This document shows, one piece after another, positions 20,561-31,950 of a DNA stretch of 64,000 nucleotides. The DNA is from Nannocystis bainbridge. Lineage in GTDB: Bacteria > Myxococcota_A > Polyangia > Nannocystales > Nannocystaceae. A model generated the notes under the pieces. It was not told the DNA's origin. It did not search any database and saw only the letters and a program-made list of their open reading frames with translations. The translations under genes and the position numbers were made by a program. The stretch's first letter is position 1, and every line of letters starts with the position of its first letter. The DNA is taken from assembly GCF_028368995.1 (NCBI RefSeq), contig NZ_JAQNDL010000003.1, positions 1,568,001 through 1,632,000 of the forward strand, written 5' to 3'.

Positions 20561-21793
20561 TCACTTCGACTTGGCCAGGCGGAGCACGCGCTCGCCGAGG
20601 ATGTTGCGCTGGACCTCGTTCGAGCCGGCGGCGATCGTGAAGCCGAACGAGTTCATGTAGGCGTGCGGCCAGCGACCGCCGGCCGGCGCGTTCGGATCGG
20701 TCTGGTGCAGCGTCGCCGCCATGCCCTCGATCTCGCAGGCCAGCCGCGCGGTGTCTTGCAACAATTCGGAGAGCGTCAACTTGTGCTGCAGCGGCAGCCG
20801 CAGCGGGTGATCGACCAGCGCCGGCACGGCCGCGCGCCGCTCGTTCTGCGCGAACGCCCGCTCGCGGATCAGCATCTTCACGATCGCGTCGCGCAGCCGC
20901 GGATCGTCGCTCGCCGGCTTGCCGTGGCGATACGATCGCTTCGCCAATTCGACCAGCCCCGCCGCGCCGAGCGTCGTCTCACTGTCGTCACCGAGCCCGC
21001 CGCCGGCCGACGGCGTCACCAGCGAGCCGGCCCCGCGCTCGTGCAGCAGCGTCGTCATCGCCACCGCCCAGCCGCGCCCGACCTCGTCGAGCCGCAGGTC
21101 GTCGGCGATCGGGTAGTCCTCGAAGAAGACCTCGTTGAAGCCGAGCTCGCCGGTCATCTTGACCAGCGGGCGGATCGTGACCCCGCGGCCGACGCCGTCG
21201 CGGATCGGCGCAACGAAGTAGGTCATGCCGTCGTGCTTGCGCGCGCGGTCGGTGCGGCACAGCAAGATCATCCACGTGGCAAAGTGCGCCAGCGTCGTCC
21301 ACACCTTGTGGCCGTTGACGCGCCAGCCCTCGCCGTCGCGTTCGGCCAGCGCCTGCACGTTGGCGAGGTCGGAGCCGGCCCCCGGCTCGCTGAAGCCCTG
21401 ACACCAGATCTCGTCGGCCGCGAACAGCGGCGGCAACAGGCGCCGCTTCTGCGCCTCGGTGCCGTGGTGGAAGATCGTCGGCGCCGCCATGCCGAGGCCG
21501 ACGATGTTGGGGAAGAACGGCGCGCCGGCGGCCTTGAGCTCGTGATTGGCGATCCACTGGCAATCGCGCAGGCCACCGCCGCCGTACTCGCGCGGATAGT
21601 CGCAGCCGACCAGCCCGGCCGCGTGGGCCGCCTTTTGCCAGGCGCACAGGTACTCGAGCTGCTCGCGCGTGGCGATCTCGAGCGGCCCGAGCGGCAGGCG
21701 AAAGCCCGGCCGCGGCGGCAGGCCGCTGGCCAGCCACGCCTTGCAGTGGGCGCGGAAGGCCGCCTGTTCGGAGCTCTCGCTGGATTGGTTCAT
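20561..21793 (-). CDS. Acyl-CoA dehydrogenase (heteromeric-type subunit)
   Basis: WCQGFSEPGAGSDLA, GHKVWTT, FNEVFF, TTLLHERG, TIAAGSNEVQRNILGERVL. Confidence 0.9.
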   Translation of the reverse strand: MNQSSESSEQAAFRAHCKAWLASGLPPRPGFRLPLGPLEIATREQLEYLCAWQKAAHAAGLVGCDYPREYGGGGLRDCQWIANHELKAAGAPFFPNIVGLGMAAPTIFHHGTEAQKRRLLPPLFAADEIWCQGFSEPGAGSDLANVQALAERDGEGWRVNGHKVWTTLAHFATWMILLCRTDRARKHDGMTYFVAPIRDGVGRGVTIRPLVKMTGELGFNEVFFEDYPIADDLRLDEVGRGWAVAMTTLLHERGAGSLVTPSAGGGLGDDSETTLGAAGLVELAKRSYRHGKPASDDPRLRDAIVKMLIRERAFAQNERRAAVPALVDHPLRLPLQHKLTLSELLQDTARLACEIEGMAATLHQTDPNAPAGGRWPHAYMNSFGFTIAAGSNEVQRNILGERVLRLAKSK

Positions 21794-22953
21794 CGGCTCA
21801 GCCTGCGGTCGTCGAGTCCCAGTCGTCGGCCGATGATCTCGGCCATGATCTCGCTGGTGCCGCCGAAGATGCGGGTCACCCGCGCGTCGCGGTACATGCG
21901 ACTGATGCGGTACTCCTCCATGTAACCGGCGCCGCCGTGCAGCTGCAGGCAGTCGTCGATCACCCGGCCTTCGAGCTCGGTCGCCAGCATCTTCGCCCCG
22001 CTGGCGACCTCGGCCGACAGCGCCCCCGCGTTGGCCAGCATCACGCAGTGGTCGACGTGGCTCTGCATCGCGTCGAGCTCGGCGCGCATGCGGGCCATGC
22101 GAAACCGCGGGTCCTGGAACGTGCCGATCGGTCGACCGAACGCGGTGCGCTGCTTGACGAACTCGAGCGTCACGTCGAAGGCGACCTGGGCGTGGGCGAT
22201 CGCGCCGATGGCGATCTGCAGCCGCTCGACCGCCAGCGCCTGCATCAAATAGCGAAAGCCCTGGCCCGGGTCGCCGAGCACGTTGTGCTTCGGCACGACC
22301 ACGCCTTCAAAGAACATCTCCGCGGTGTCCTGGGCGTCGAGGCCCAGCTTGTCGAGCTTGCGTCCGCGCCCGAACCCCGCCATTCCCTCTTCTACCACGA
22401 ACAGCCCGATCGCGCGGTCCGAGCCGCGGCCGGTCCTGGCGGCGACGATCACCACGTCCGCCAGCAGCCCGTTCGAGATGTACGTCTTCGAGCCGCTCAG
22501 GACCCAGTGGCCTGCGTGCTCCTCGGCGCGGGCCTGCATGCCCGCGAGGTCGGAGCCGGCGGCCGGCTCCGACATCGCCACCGCCAGGATCGTCTCGCCG
22601 CGGACCGCCGGCGGCAGCCACCGCGCCTTTTGCTCGGCGGTCCCGTGCTGACCGATGTACGGCGCCACCACCCGCGAGTGCAGCGTCAGACACAGCCCCG
22701 GGTCGCCGTGCAGGAAGTTCTCCTCCTGCACGATCTGCTCGTAGCGCATGTCCTCGAGCCCGAGCCCGCCGTACTGCTCGGGCGCCCACATCAGCAAGTA
22801 ACCCTGTTCACCGGCCTTGTGGAAGATCGCGCGGTCGACCATGCCTTGCCGGCGCCAGCGTTCGACGTGGGGGGTCGCCTCCGCGCGGAAGAACTTGCGG
22901 ACCGCCGCGCGGAAGATCTCGTGTTCGGGCTCGAAGATCGTTCTTGGGGTCAT
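21790..22953 (-). CDS. Acyl-CoA dehydrogenase (long-chain type)
   Basis: AMSEPAAGSDL, GSKTYISNG, QLHGGAGYMEEY, RIFGGTSEIM. Confidence 0.92.
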   Translation of the reverse strand: MTPRTIFEPEHEIFRAAVRKFFRAEATPHVERWRRQGMVDRAIFHKAGEQGYLLMWAPEQYGGLGLEDMRYEQIVQEENFLHGDPGLCLTLHSRVVAPYIGQHGTAEQKARWLPPAVRGETILAVAMSEPAAGSDLAGMQARAEEHAGHWVLSGSKTYISNGLLADVVIVAARTGRGSDRAIGLFVVEEGMAGFGRGRKLDKLGLDAQDTAEMFFEGVVVPKHNVLGDPGQGFRYLMQALAVERLQIAIGAIAHAQVAFDVTLEFVKQRTAFGRPIGTFQDPRFRMARMRAELDAMQSHVDHCVMLANAGALSAEVASGAKMLATELEGRVIDDCLQLHGGAGYMEEYRISRMYRDARVTRIFGGTSEIMAEIIGRRLGLDDRRLSR

Positions 22954-22963
22954 CGCACCGCAC

Positions 22964-24988
<2,025 letters not shown>

Positions 24989-25161
24989 GCTGCCTCCTGT
25001 CTGGCGTCGAATCACCCCTCGCCTCGAAGTCGCTCTACTTCGCGCCCAGGCCCATCCGACGATCTGTGGTTCGTATGTTTCCCAGCAACCTCGGGCTCAA
25101 AAGCGCTCCGGCCTGCGCGTCCATGGCTTTGAAATCACTCGAGATTTCGTCGCCGGATCCA

Positions 25162-25186
25162 CTTACTTGCTGGCGACTAGCAAGTA
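25162..25186. promoter_or_regulatory. Palindromic operator, copy 1
   Basis: TACTTGCT-ggcgact-AGCAAGTA; the 24-mer 25162-25185 is identical to 51254-51277. Confidence 0.85.
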
Positions 25187-25211
25187 TACAGATGGCGCCA
25201 TGGAGCGTCAA
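25183..25211 (-). promoter_or_regulatory. Sigma70-like promoter of the roxA operon
   Basis: Minus strand TTGACG (25211-25206), N17, TATACT (25188-25183); the -10 box overlaps the operator. Confidence 0.75.
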
Positions 25212-25358
25212 GCGGGCTCCATGGCGCGGTTTCGCCCGCCGAGAGTTCGCCGAGAGGTGCCCCGGTCGAGGCGTCGTGCGACCCCGCCTGAGGCCGCGAA
25301 TGCGGTGAATCGCCGGCTTCCACCCGGCCCGCGCGCGCGGCTATGATCGCGTGAATCG

Positions 25359-27041
25359 ATGGGCTTGCTCGACCCGATCCCGCCGCCGTACGACCCCCTC
25401 GAGTGGGCCACTCGCCCCCTGCCGGACAAGAGCCGCATGGTGTGTCGCTCGTGGGCCCTCCAGGGCTACGGGACCCCGGTCGCGGTCTACTTCGTCTACC
25501 TGCTCAAGGTCGGCCTCTACGTCGGCGGCTGGATCTTCTTCTGCGGCTTTTCGCCCGGGCTCGGCGACCCCGCGGCGATCGGGCAATGGTGGCTCGATCC
25601 GCTCGCGTTCCAGAAGGCGATCGTGTGGAGCCTGCTGTTCGAGGTGCTCGGCCTCGGCTGCGGCAGCGGGCCGCTGACGGGCCGTTACTTCCCCCCGATC
25701 GGCGGCTTCCTCCACTTCTTGATGCCCGGCACCACCAAGCTGCCGCTGCTGCGCGGCCTGCCGCTGGTCGGCGGTCCGAAGCGCGGCGCGATCGACGTCG
25801 CCCTCTACGCGGTGCTGCTGATCAGCCTGGTGCGCGCGCTGGTGGCCCCGCAGCTCGACGCATCCCTGTTGCTGCCCTTGGTGGTGCTGGTGCCGCTGTG
25901 CGGCCTGCTCGACAAGACCGTGTTCCTGGCCGCGCGCGCCGAGCACTACTGGGTGATGATCGTCGTGTTCGCGTTCGCCAGCCCGTGGCTCGCCGGGGCC
26001 AAGGCGGTGCAGGCGGCGCTGTGGTTCTGGGCCGGGGTGTCCAAGCTCAATCATCACTTCCCGGCCGTGGTGTGCGTGATGACCAGCAACTCGCCGGTGA
26101 CCCGCTTCGCCTGGCTGCGCCGCCTGGTCTATCGCAGCTACCCCGACGACCTGCGGCCGTCGACGCTGGCGACGGTGATGGCCCACCTCGGCACCCTGCT
26201 CGAGCTCGCGGTGCCGATCGTGCTGCTGCTCGGCGACGGCGGCACGGTCACCACGGTGGGCCTGGTGCTGATGGTGATGCTGCACGGCTTCATCCTCAGC
26301 ACGGTGCCGATGGGCGTGCCGATCGAGTGGAACGTGGTCGTGCTGTACGGCGGGTTCTTCCTGTTCGGCGCCCACGCCGAGGTCAGCCTCGCGGGCCTCG
26401 CCAGCACGCCGCTGCTGGCCGCGTTCGTGGCCCTGTTCGCGGTGGTGCTGCCGCTGGTGGGCAACCTGGCCCCGCACCGGCTGTCGTTCCTGCTGTCGAT
26501 GCGCTACTACGCCGGCAACTGGCCCTATTCGGTGTGGCTGTTCCGCGGCGACAGCTACAAAAAGCTGGAGCGCCTGCGCAAGTCGTCGAAGTGGCTGTAC
26601 GACCAGCTCGACGTGTTCTACGAGCGCAAGGTCTCGGTCGGCCTGGTCGGCAAGGTGATCGCGTTTCGTCTGATGCACCTGGCCGGGCGGGCGCTGTGTC
26701 GCTTGGTGCCGCGCGCGGTCGACGACCCGAACAAGTACGAATGGGTCGACGGCGAGCTGGTCGCCGGCCTCGCGCTCGGCTGGAACTTCGGCGACGGCCA
26801 CCTGCACGACGAGCAGCTGATCGGCGCCCTGCAGGCCCAGTGCGGCTTCGAGCCGGGCGAGCTGCGCTGCATCCTGGTCGAGTCGCAGCCGCTGCACCGC
26901 CAGACCATGATGTGGCGAATCCACGACGCCGCCACCGGCGAGCTCGACCGCGGCGAGATCGGCGTCGCCGAGCTGCGGCAGCTGCAGCCGTGGTCGTTCG
27001 ACGACGCTGCCGACAATCGCGGCAACGCGACGATCGGGTGA
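25359..27041 (+). CDS. DUF3556-family integral membrane protein
   Basis: Multiple TM helices; GCGSGPLTGRY, LDKTVFLAARAEHY, SKLNHHFP, MRYYAGNW, GWNFGDGHLH. Confidence 0.8.
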   Translation: MGLLDPIPPPYDPLEWATRPLPDKSRMVCRSWALQGYGTPVAVYFVYLLKVGLYVGGWIFFCGFSPGLGDPAAIGQWWLDPLAFQKAIVWSLLFEVLGLGCGSGPLTGRYFPPIGGFLHFLMPGTTKLPLLRGLPLVGGPKRGAIDVALYAVLLISLVRALVAPQLDASLLLPLVVLVPLCGLLDKTVFLAARAEHYWVMIVVFAFASPWLAGAKAVQAALWFWAGVSKLNHHFPAVVCVMTSNSPVTRFAWLRRLVYRSYPDDLRPSTLATVMAHLGTLLELAVPIVLLLGDGGTVTTVGLVLMVMLHGFILSTVPMGVPIEWNVVVLYGGFFLFGAHAEVSLAGLASTPLLAAFVALFAVVLPLVGNLAPHRLSFLLSMRYYAGNWPYSVWLFRGDSYKKLERLRKSSKWLYDQLDVFYERKVSVGLVGKVIAFRLMHLAGRALCRLVPRAVDDPNKYEWVDGELVAGLALGWNFGDGHLHDEQLIGALQAQCGFEPGELRCILVESQPLHRQTMMWRIHDAATGELDRGEIGVAELRQLQPWSFDDAADNRGNATIG

Positions 27042-27256
27042 TTCACGCCACCTCTGGTCCGGAGGCACCTCGGGGGATCGGGCGCAGACGGGCCTGGGCA
27101 CGGCCCTGAGCGGGCATTGCGCGCGAACCGGCCCGCGGGCCGCATCGTGACTCACGTTCGGTCCGCTGAGCCGATCGCGCCGCCGCAGGCGGGCCGCGCA
27201 TCGATCGCCCGTCGCGCCGGGTCGAACCGCGCGGGCTCCAGTAGTACGCTCGCCGC

Positions 27257-28549
27257 GTGCCCGGGCACGAGGCAGGCAACATCATCGCGTCCCGCTACCG
27301 CCTCGAGCGCGTATTGGCGCAGGGCGGCATGGGCAGCATTTGGGTCGCCCGCCACCTCCAGCTCGATGTCGAGGTCGCGCTCAAATTCATGGCCCCCGAG
27401 TACGCCGATTCGCCGGAGCTGCGGGCCCGCTTCGAGCGCGAGGCCAAGGCCGCGGCGATGCTGAAGAGCCCGCACGCGGTCCAGGTCCACGACTACGGCA
27501 TCGAGGCTGGCGCGCCGTACATCGTGATGGAGCTGCTCGAGGGCGAGGACCTGGCGGCCCGGCTCGCGCGCGAGCGGCGGCTGCCCCTGGCGGCGACCCG
27601 GCGGATCGTCGAGGACGTGGGCAAGGCGCTGCGGCGCGCGCACGAGATCGGCCTCATCCACCGCGACATGAAGCCGGCCAACATCTTCCTCGCCCGTCAG
27701 GCCGGCGACGAGGTGATCAAGATCGTCGATTTCGGGATCGCCAAGTCGACCCGCGCCCTCGACGGCGAACAGACCCAGACCAACGCCGTGCTCGGCTCAC
27801 CGCGCTACATGAGCCCGGAGCAGGTCCGCAGCAGCGCCCATGTCGATCACCGCACCGATCTGTGGTCGCTCGGCGTGATCGCGTTTCGCTGCCTCACCGG
27901 TCGCCTGCCGTTCCCCGACGGCGAGGTCGGCGAGGTGTTCGTGGCGATCTGCACTGCCCCCATTCCCCGCGCCTCGGACGTCGCGCCGGACCTCGGCCCC
28001 GAGATCGATCGCTTCTTCGAGCGCGCCCTCAGCCGCGCCGTCGATCAGCGGTTCCAGAGCGCGACCGAGCTGGTCGAGGCGTTCGCGGCCCTGCCGGGCG
28101 CCCGCGATGCGGCGCTGCAGCCGGCCGCCGCCAGCCGCTCCGACGTCGCGGAGCGCGAGGGCGCCAGCGAATTCCTGCCGACCCTGCCCGCGCGCGGGAC
28201 CCTGGCGCACGAGCACGAGCGTGCTCCCGGCCGGCGCCGCGCGGCGCTGGTCGTGGCCGGCGGCGTGACGGCGGTGGGGCTGGCGATCGCGCTGTACTGG
28301 GGGCTGTCGCCGGCGCGGCCCGAGCCGCAGGCCGCCACGAGCCCCATATCTGACGACATTCCCGCTGCGCCTCCGGCGCCCGAGCCGACGCCGACGCCCG
28401 TCGAATCGACGCAGCCGCCCGCCCCGCCGGTCTCGCAGCCGCCCGCGCCCGAGCCCGCGGCCAAGCCGGGGCAGTCGCCCCATAAACCGCGGCGCAACGG
28501 CTCTCACCCGCGACCGAATCGAAGCGATGATCTCCTCAAACACATGTGA
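27257..28549 (+). CDS. Membrane-anchored Ser/Thr protein kinase
   Basis: AQGGMG, VALK, HRDMKPAN, DFG, YMSPEQ, TM helix, Pro-rich tail. Confidence 0.92.
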   Translation: MPGHEAGNIIASRYRLERVLAQGGMGSIWVARHLQLDVEVALKFMAPEYADSPELRARFEREAKAAAMLKSPHAVQVHDYGIEAGAPYIVMELLEGEDLAARLARERRLPLAATRRIVEDVGKALRRAHEIGLIHRDMKPANIFLARQAGDEVIKIVDFGIAKSTRALDGEQTQTNAVLGSPRYMSPEQVRSSAHVDHRTDLWSLGVIAFRCLTGRLPFPDGEVGEVFVAICTAPIPRASDVAPDLGPEIDRFFERALSRAVDQRFQSATELVEAFAALPGARDAALQPAAASRSDVAEREGASEFLPTLPARGTLAHEHERAPGRRRAALVVAGGVTAVGLAIALYWGLSPARPEPQAATSPISDDIPAAPPAPEPTPTPVESTQPPAPPVSQPPAPEPAAKPGQSPHKPRRNGSHPRPNRSDDLLKHM

Positions 28550-29537
28550 TCGCGCGCGAGCGTGCCGGACGCGCGCCGGGCTGCGCGGGACGCTCGCGCT
28601 CGCGCTCTTGCTCGCACCTGGCGTCGCAACGGCCGCGCCCGCGGCGGGCGATCGCGCGGCCGCCGAGGCGCTGTTCAACGAGGGCCGCAAATTGGTCGAG
28701 GCCGGCGACGACGCCGGCGGCTGCCCAAAATTCGAGAGCAGCATGGCGCTGTTTCCATCGACGGGCACCGCCCTCAATCTCGCCCAATGCCACGAGCGCG
28801 CCGGCAAGCTGGCCTCGGCGTACGCGGCGTACCAGGCGGCGCTCGACTACGTCGACGAGACCCGCGACGCCCGCCGCCGCAAGGGCCTTGAGAAGCTCGC
28901 GCGCGACGGCCAGGCCGCGTTAGAGCCCCGGCTGCCGCGGCTGCAGGTCGACGTGAAGAATGCACCGGCAGGGCTCGCGGTCATCCGCGACGGTCAGCCG
29001 CTCGCCGCCGACGCGCTCGGCAAGCCGGTGCCGACCGATCCGGGCCCGCACCAGCTCGATGCCACCGCGCCGGGTCATCAGCCGCTGCGACGCGAGATCG
29101 AGCTGACCGAAGGCAAGACCGAGACCGTCGAGCTGCAGCTCGAGCCGCTGCACGCCGAAGCGCCCGTCGAAAAAAAGCGCCGCGTGCCCGCGTGGGCGTG
29201 GGCCACCGGCGGCGTCGGCCTCGGACTGATGGGCGCCTCGATCTACTTCCTCGTCGACAACCGGGCCGCGGTCGCTGACCTGAAGGCGAATTGCCAGGAT
29301 GTGCCCGGCGGCACGTTCTGCGATCCCAACTACGACTTCGCCGCCGACAACGCCCGCAAGAACCGCGACCTCGGGCTCTTCATCGGCCTGGGCAGCGTGG
29401 GCCTGGTGGCGGTGACGGTGGCGATCGTCGAGATCGCGCGCACGTCGGCGGGCAACCGCAGGGCGGCGCGCAAGGCGATGGCGACCCCGTGGCTGACGCC
29501 CGGCGCCGGCGGCCTCTCGATCGTCGGAAGGTTTTAA
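28527..29537 (+). CDS. TPR + PEGA-like domain exported protein
   Basis: Signal peptide, AEALFNEGRKL...LNLAQCHERAGK TPR, beta-rich PEGA-like segment, C-terminal hydrophobic helices. Confidence 0.8.
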   Translation: MISSNTCDRARACRTRAGLRGTLALALLLAPGVATAAPAAGDRAAAEALFNEGRKLVEAGDDAGGCPKFESSMALFPSTGTALNLAQCHERAGKLASAYAAYQAALDYVDETRDARRRKGLEKLARDGQAALEPRLPRLQVDVKNAPAGLAVIRDGQPLAADALGKPVPTDPGPHQLDATAPGHQPLRREIELTEGKTETVELQLEPLHAEAPVEKKRRVPAWAWATGGVGLGLMGASIYFLVDNRAAVADLKANCQDVPGGTFCDPNYDFAADNARKNRDLGLFIGLGSVGLVAVTVAIVEIARTSAGNRRAARKAMATPWLTPGAGGLSIVGRF

Positions 29538-29546
29538 TAAAATAAC

Positions 29547-30467
29547 ATGAGAGCCTTCGATCGATCTTCGTGCCTCTCGATGCTCGCGGCCTTACTCGTG
29601 GGCGCGGCTTGTTTCCCCGATGTCGAGCCGAACGTAAAATCCTTGCCGCGCTGCCACGCGGTCGCGCCGGTGTGCGGGGACGCGGGCGACGACGATTGCT
29701 GCGCCAGCGCGGCGGTCGCCGGCGGCGGGTTCGATCGCATCAACGACCCCGGCTTGCCGGCCACGGTCGCGGACTTCGAGCTCGACCGCTACGAAGTGAC
29801 GGTGGGCCGCTTCCGCCAGTTCGTGGCCGACTATCCGCGCAATCGCCCGGCGCCCGATGCCGGCGCGCACCCGCGGATCGAGGGCAGCGGCTGGCAGCCC
29901 GAGTGGGATGCGCTGCTGCCAGCGGACGCGGCGGCGCTGCAGGTGTCGCTGCAATGCGACGCCAACTTCCGCACCTGGACCGACGCGCCGGGCGAGGCCG
30001 AGGAGCTGCCGATCAACTGCGTGTCGTGGTACCTGGCGTTCGCGTTCTGCGCCTGGGACGAGGGCCGCCTGCCGACCGAGACCGAGTGGAACTACGCGGC
30101 CGCCGGCGGCAACGAGCAACGCTTGTTCCCGTGGGGCGCGGGCGCAGCGACGGCGGCGCGCGCGAACTTCGGCTGCGACACGGCCACGGAAGCATGCCCG
30201 CTGCCCGCGGTCGGCTCGACGCCGCAGGGCGACGGCAAATGGGGGCACGCCGACCTGGCCGGCAACGTGGCCGAATGGGTGCTGGATTTCCACGGGACGC
30301 TGACGCCCGAGTGCCGCGACTGCGCGATCTTGCAAGACGAGACGTTCGGCCGCGAGGCCCGCGGCGGCGACTTCGCCCACACCGAGATGGAGATGACGAC
30401 GACCTTCCGCATCGGCTACGCGGCCGACAGCGGGCAGACGTTCGTCGGCTTCCGCTGCGCCCGGTGA
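29547..30467 (+). CDS. FGE-sulfatase (SUMF1/EgtB/PvdO) domain lipoprotein
   Basis: Lipobox GAAC, LDRYEVT, PINCVSW, RLPTETEW, DLAGNVAEW, GFRCAR. Confidence 0.88.
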   Translation: MRAFDRSSCLSMLAALLVGAACFPDVEPNVKSLPRCHAVAPVCGDAGDDDCCASAAVAGGGFDRINDPGLPATVADFELDRYEVTVGRFRQFVADYPRNRPAPDAGAHPRIEGSGWQPEWDALLPADAAALQVSLQCDANFRTWTDAPGEAEELPINCVSWYLAFAFCAWDEGRLPTETEWNYAAAGGNEQRLFPWGAGAATAARANFGCDTATEACPLPAVGSTPQGDGKWGHADLAGNVAEWVLDFHGTLTPECRDCAILQDETFGREARGGDFAHTEMEMTTTFRIGYAADSGQTFVGFRCAR

Positions 30468-30483
30468 TGGTGGATTTTAAGAA

Positions 30484-30511
30484 GGACATGTCCGAATGGA
30501 CATGTCTCGGT
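30484..30511. repeat. 14-bp-period CATG array, 2 units
   Basis: GGACATGTCCGAAT / GGACATGTCTCGGT between convergent stop codons. Confidence 0.55.
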
Positions 30512-31950
30512 CAGTCCCAGGCGAACGACCACAGGGCGACGATCGCCAGGCCGAGCGAGAGCAGGCACAGGAGCACGGGCACGATCAGGCCGGAGCGCCG
30601 CGCCGGACTCGTGGGCGCCTGAAGCTCCGCCGCAGGCGCGACGACGGGTCTCGCGGTCGCGCTGCGCACCGCCGCCGGAGGGCGAGCGTCTCGCACCATC
30701 AACACCGTGCGGTCGTCGTCCTCGCTGCGCACCACGGGGCGCTCGACCTTCGCGCTGCCCCTATTGAGCTCCGCGCGCTCGATGTTCGCTCTGCCACCAT
30801 TTTCGCCTCCTCCGATCGGCGCTGGCGACAGGACCAGCGTCCCCTCCGCGGCTTGCGGCCGGTCCGGCAGGACCTCGGTGCGATCGACGATCGTCTCGTC
30901 GACGATCGCCTCGTTCACCGGCGCCTTTTCAAAGATCTCGGTGCCCTCGCCGACGGTCGCATCGACCGACTCACTCGCCAGCGTCGTCACTCGCGGCGTC
31001 ACCGGCCTGGCTTCACCCGTCGAGGGCAGGCTGACGATCGTGGTGCGATCCTCGAGGCTCGCCGGCGCCTCGCCCCGCTGCGTCGGCTCGTCCTCGGGCG
31101 CCTGCGCGACGGCAGGCGCGGCGTGAGTCCGCGGCGTCAGCCCCGGCGAGCGGCGAATCAGCGCCAGGTGGCGCGTCAGCTCGGCCACGTCCGCGAAGCG
31201 ATGCGACGGCTGCTGCGCCATCGCGCGGGCGATGAGCGCCTCGACCTGCGCCGGCAGCGGGATCGCCGGTGCCAGCTCGACCGCGCGCGGGGCCAGGGCC
31301 GCGCGCGCGGCCTGGAACGTCGTCGGGCCAGTGAATGGGTGCACGCCGGTCGTCAGCTCGAACAGCAGCAGCGCGAGCGTGTACACGTCGGAGCGCGCAT
31401 CGCCGGGCCCGCCCGTGAGCTGCTCCGGCGCGCGGTACTCGGCGACCATGCCTCCTTCGTCGGCGGGCGCCGGCTGCACGCCGAGCTCCGCGATCGCGCA
31501 GTCGAGCACGCGGACCTGCTCGTCGGGCGTGACCCGCACGTTGCCCGGCTTGAGCGCGCGATGCGGCGAGCCGAGCGCGATCAAGCCCTCGGCGCACGCG
31601 TGCACGATCGCCAGCGCGCGCTGCCACGGCAGCGCACCGGCGCGACGGAGCAGCGCCCCGAGGTCCTCCCCCGCCACCAGCTCGCCGGCCAGGAATGGCG
31701 GGCTCGCGGTCGTGGCGACGGCGATTCGTGGCACCACGATCGCGGGGTGCTCGGTCGCCGCCTGGGTCCGTAGCGCGCTCGCCAGCCGCGTCAATCGATC
31801 GACCGCGATCGGCGCGACATCGAGGACCTTGAGCGCGACCTCGCGGCGGGTCTGCAGGTCCCAGGCGACGAACACCTCGCCGAGCCCGCCGCTCCCCAGC
31901 CGCGCGCGCAGCTCGAACCGCTCCGCCAGCGTGTCACCGGTCGCGCTCAT
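30511..31950 (-). CDS. Ser/Thr kinase-like protein, probable pseudokinase, with C-terminal TM helix
   Basis: GSGGLG and VALK present, but HRALKPGN in place of HRD and DCA in place of DFG. Confidence 0.8.
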   Translation of the reverse strand: MSATGDTLAERFELRARLGSGGLGEVFVAWDLQTRREVALKVLDVAPIAVDRLTRLASALRTQAATEHPAIVVPRIAVATTASPPFLAGELVAGEDLGALLRRAGALPWQRALAIVHACAEGLIALGSPHRALKPGNVRVTPDEQVRVLDCAIAELGVQPAPADEGGMVAEYRAPEQLTGGPGDARSDVYTLALLLFELTTGVHPFTGPTTFQAARAALAPRAVELAPAIPLPAQVEALIARAMAQQPSHRFADVAELTRHLALIRRSPGLTPRTHAAPAVAQAPEDEPTQRGEAPASLEDRTTIVSLPSTGEARPVTPRVTTLASESVDATVGEGTEIFEKAPVNEAIVDETIVDRTEVLPDRPQAAEGTLVLSPAPIGGGENGGRANIERAELNRGSAKVERPVVRSEDDDRTVLMVRDARPPAAVRSATARPVVAPAAELQAPTSPARRSGLIVPVLLCLLSLGLAIVALWSFAWD

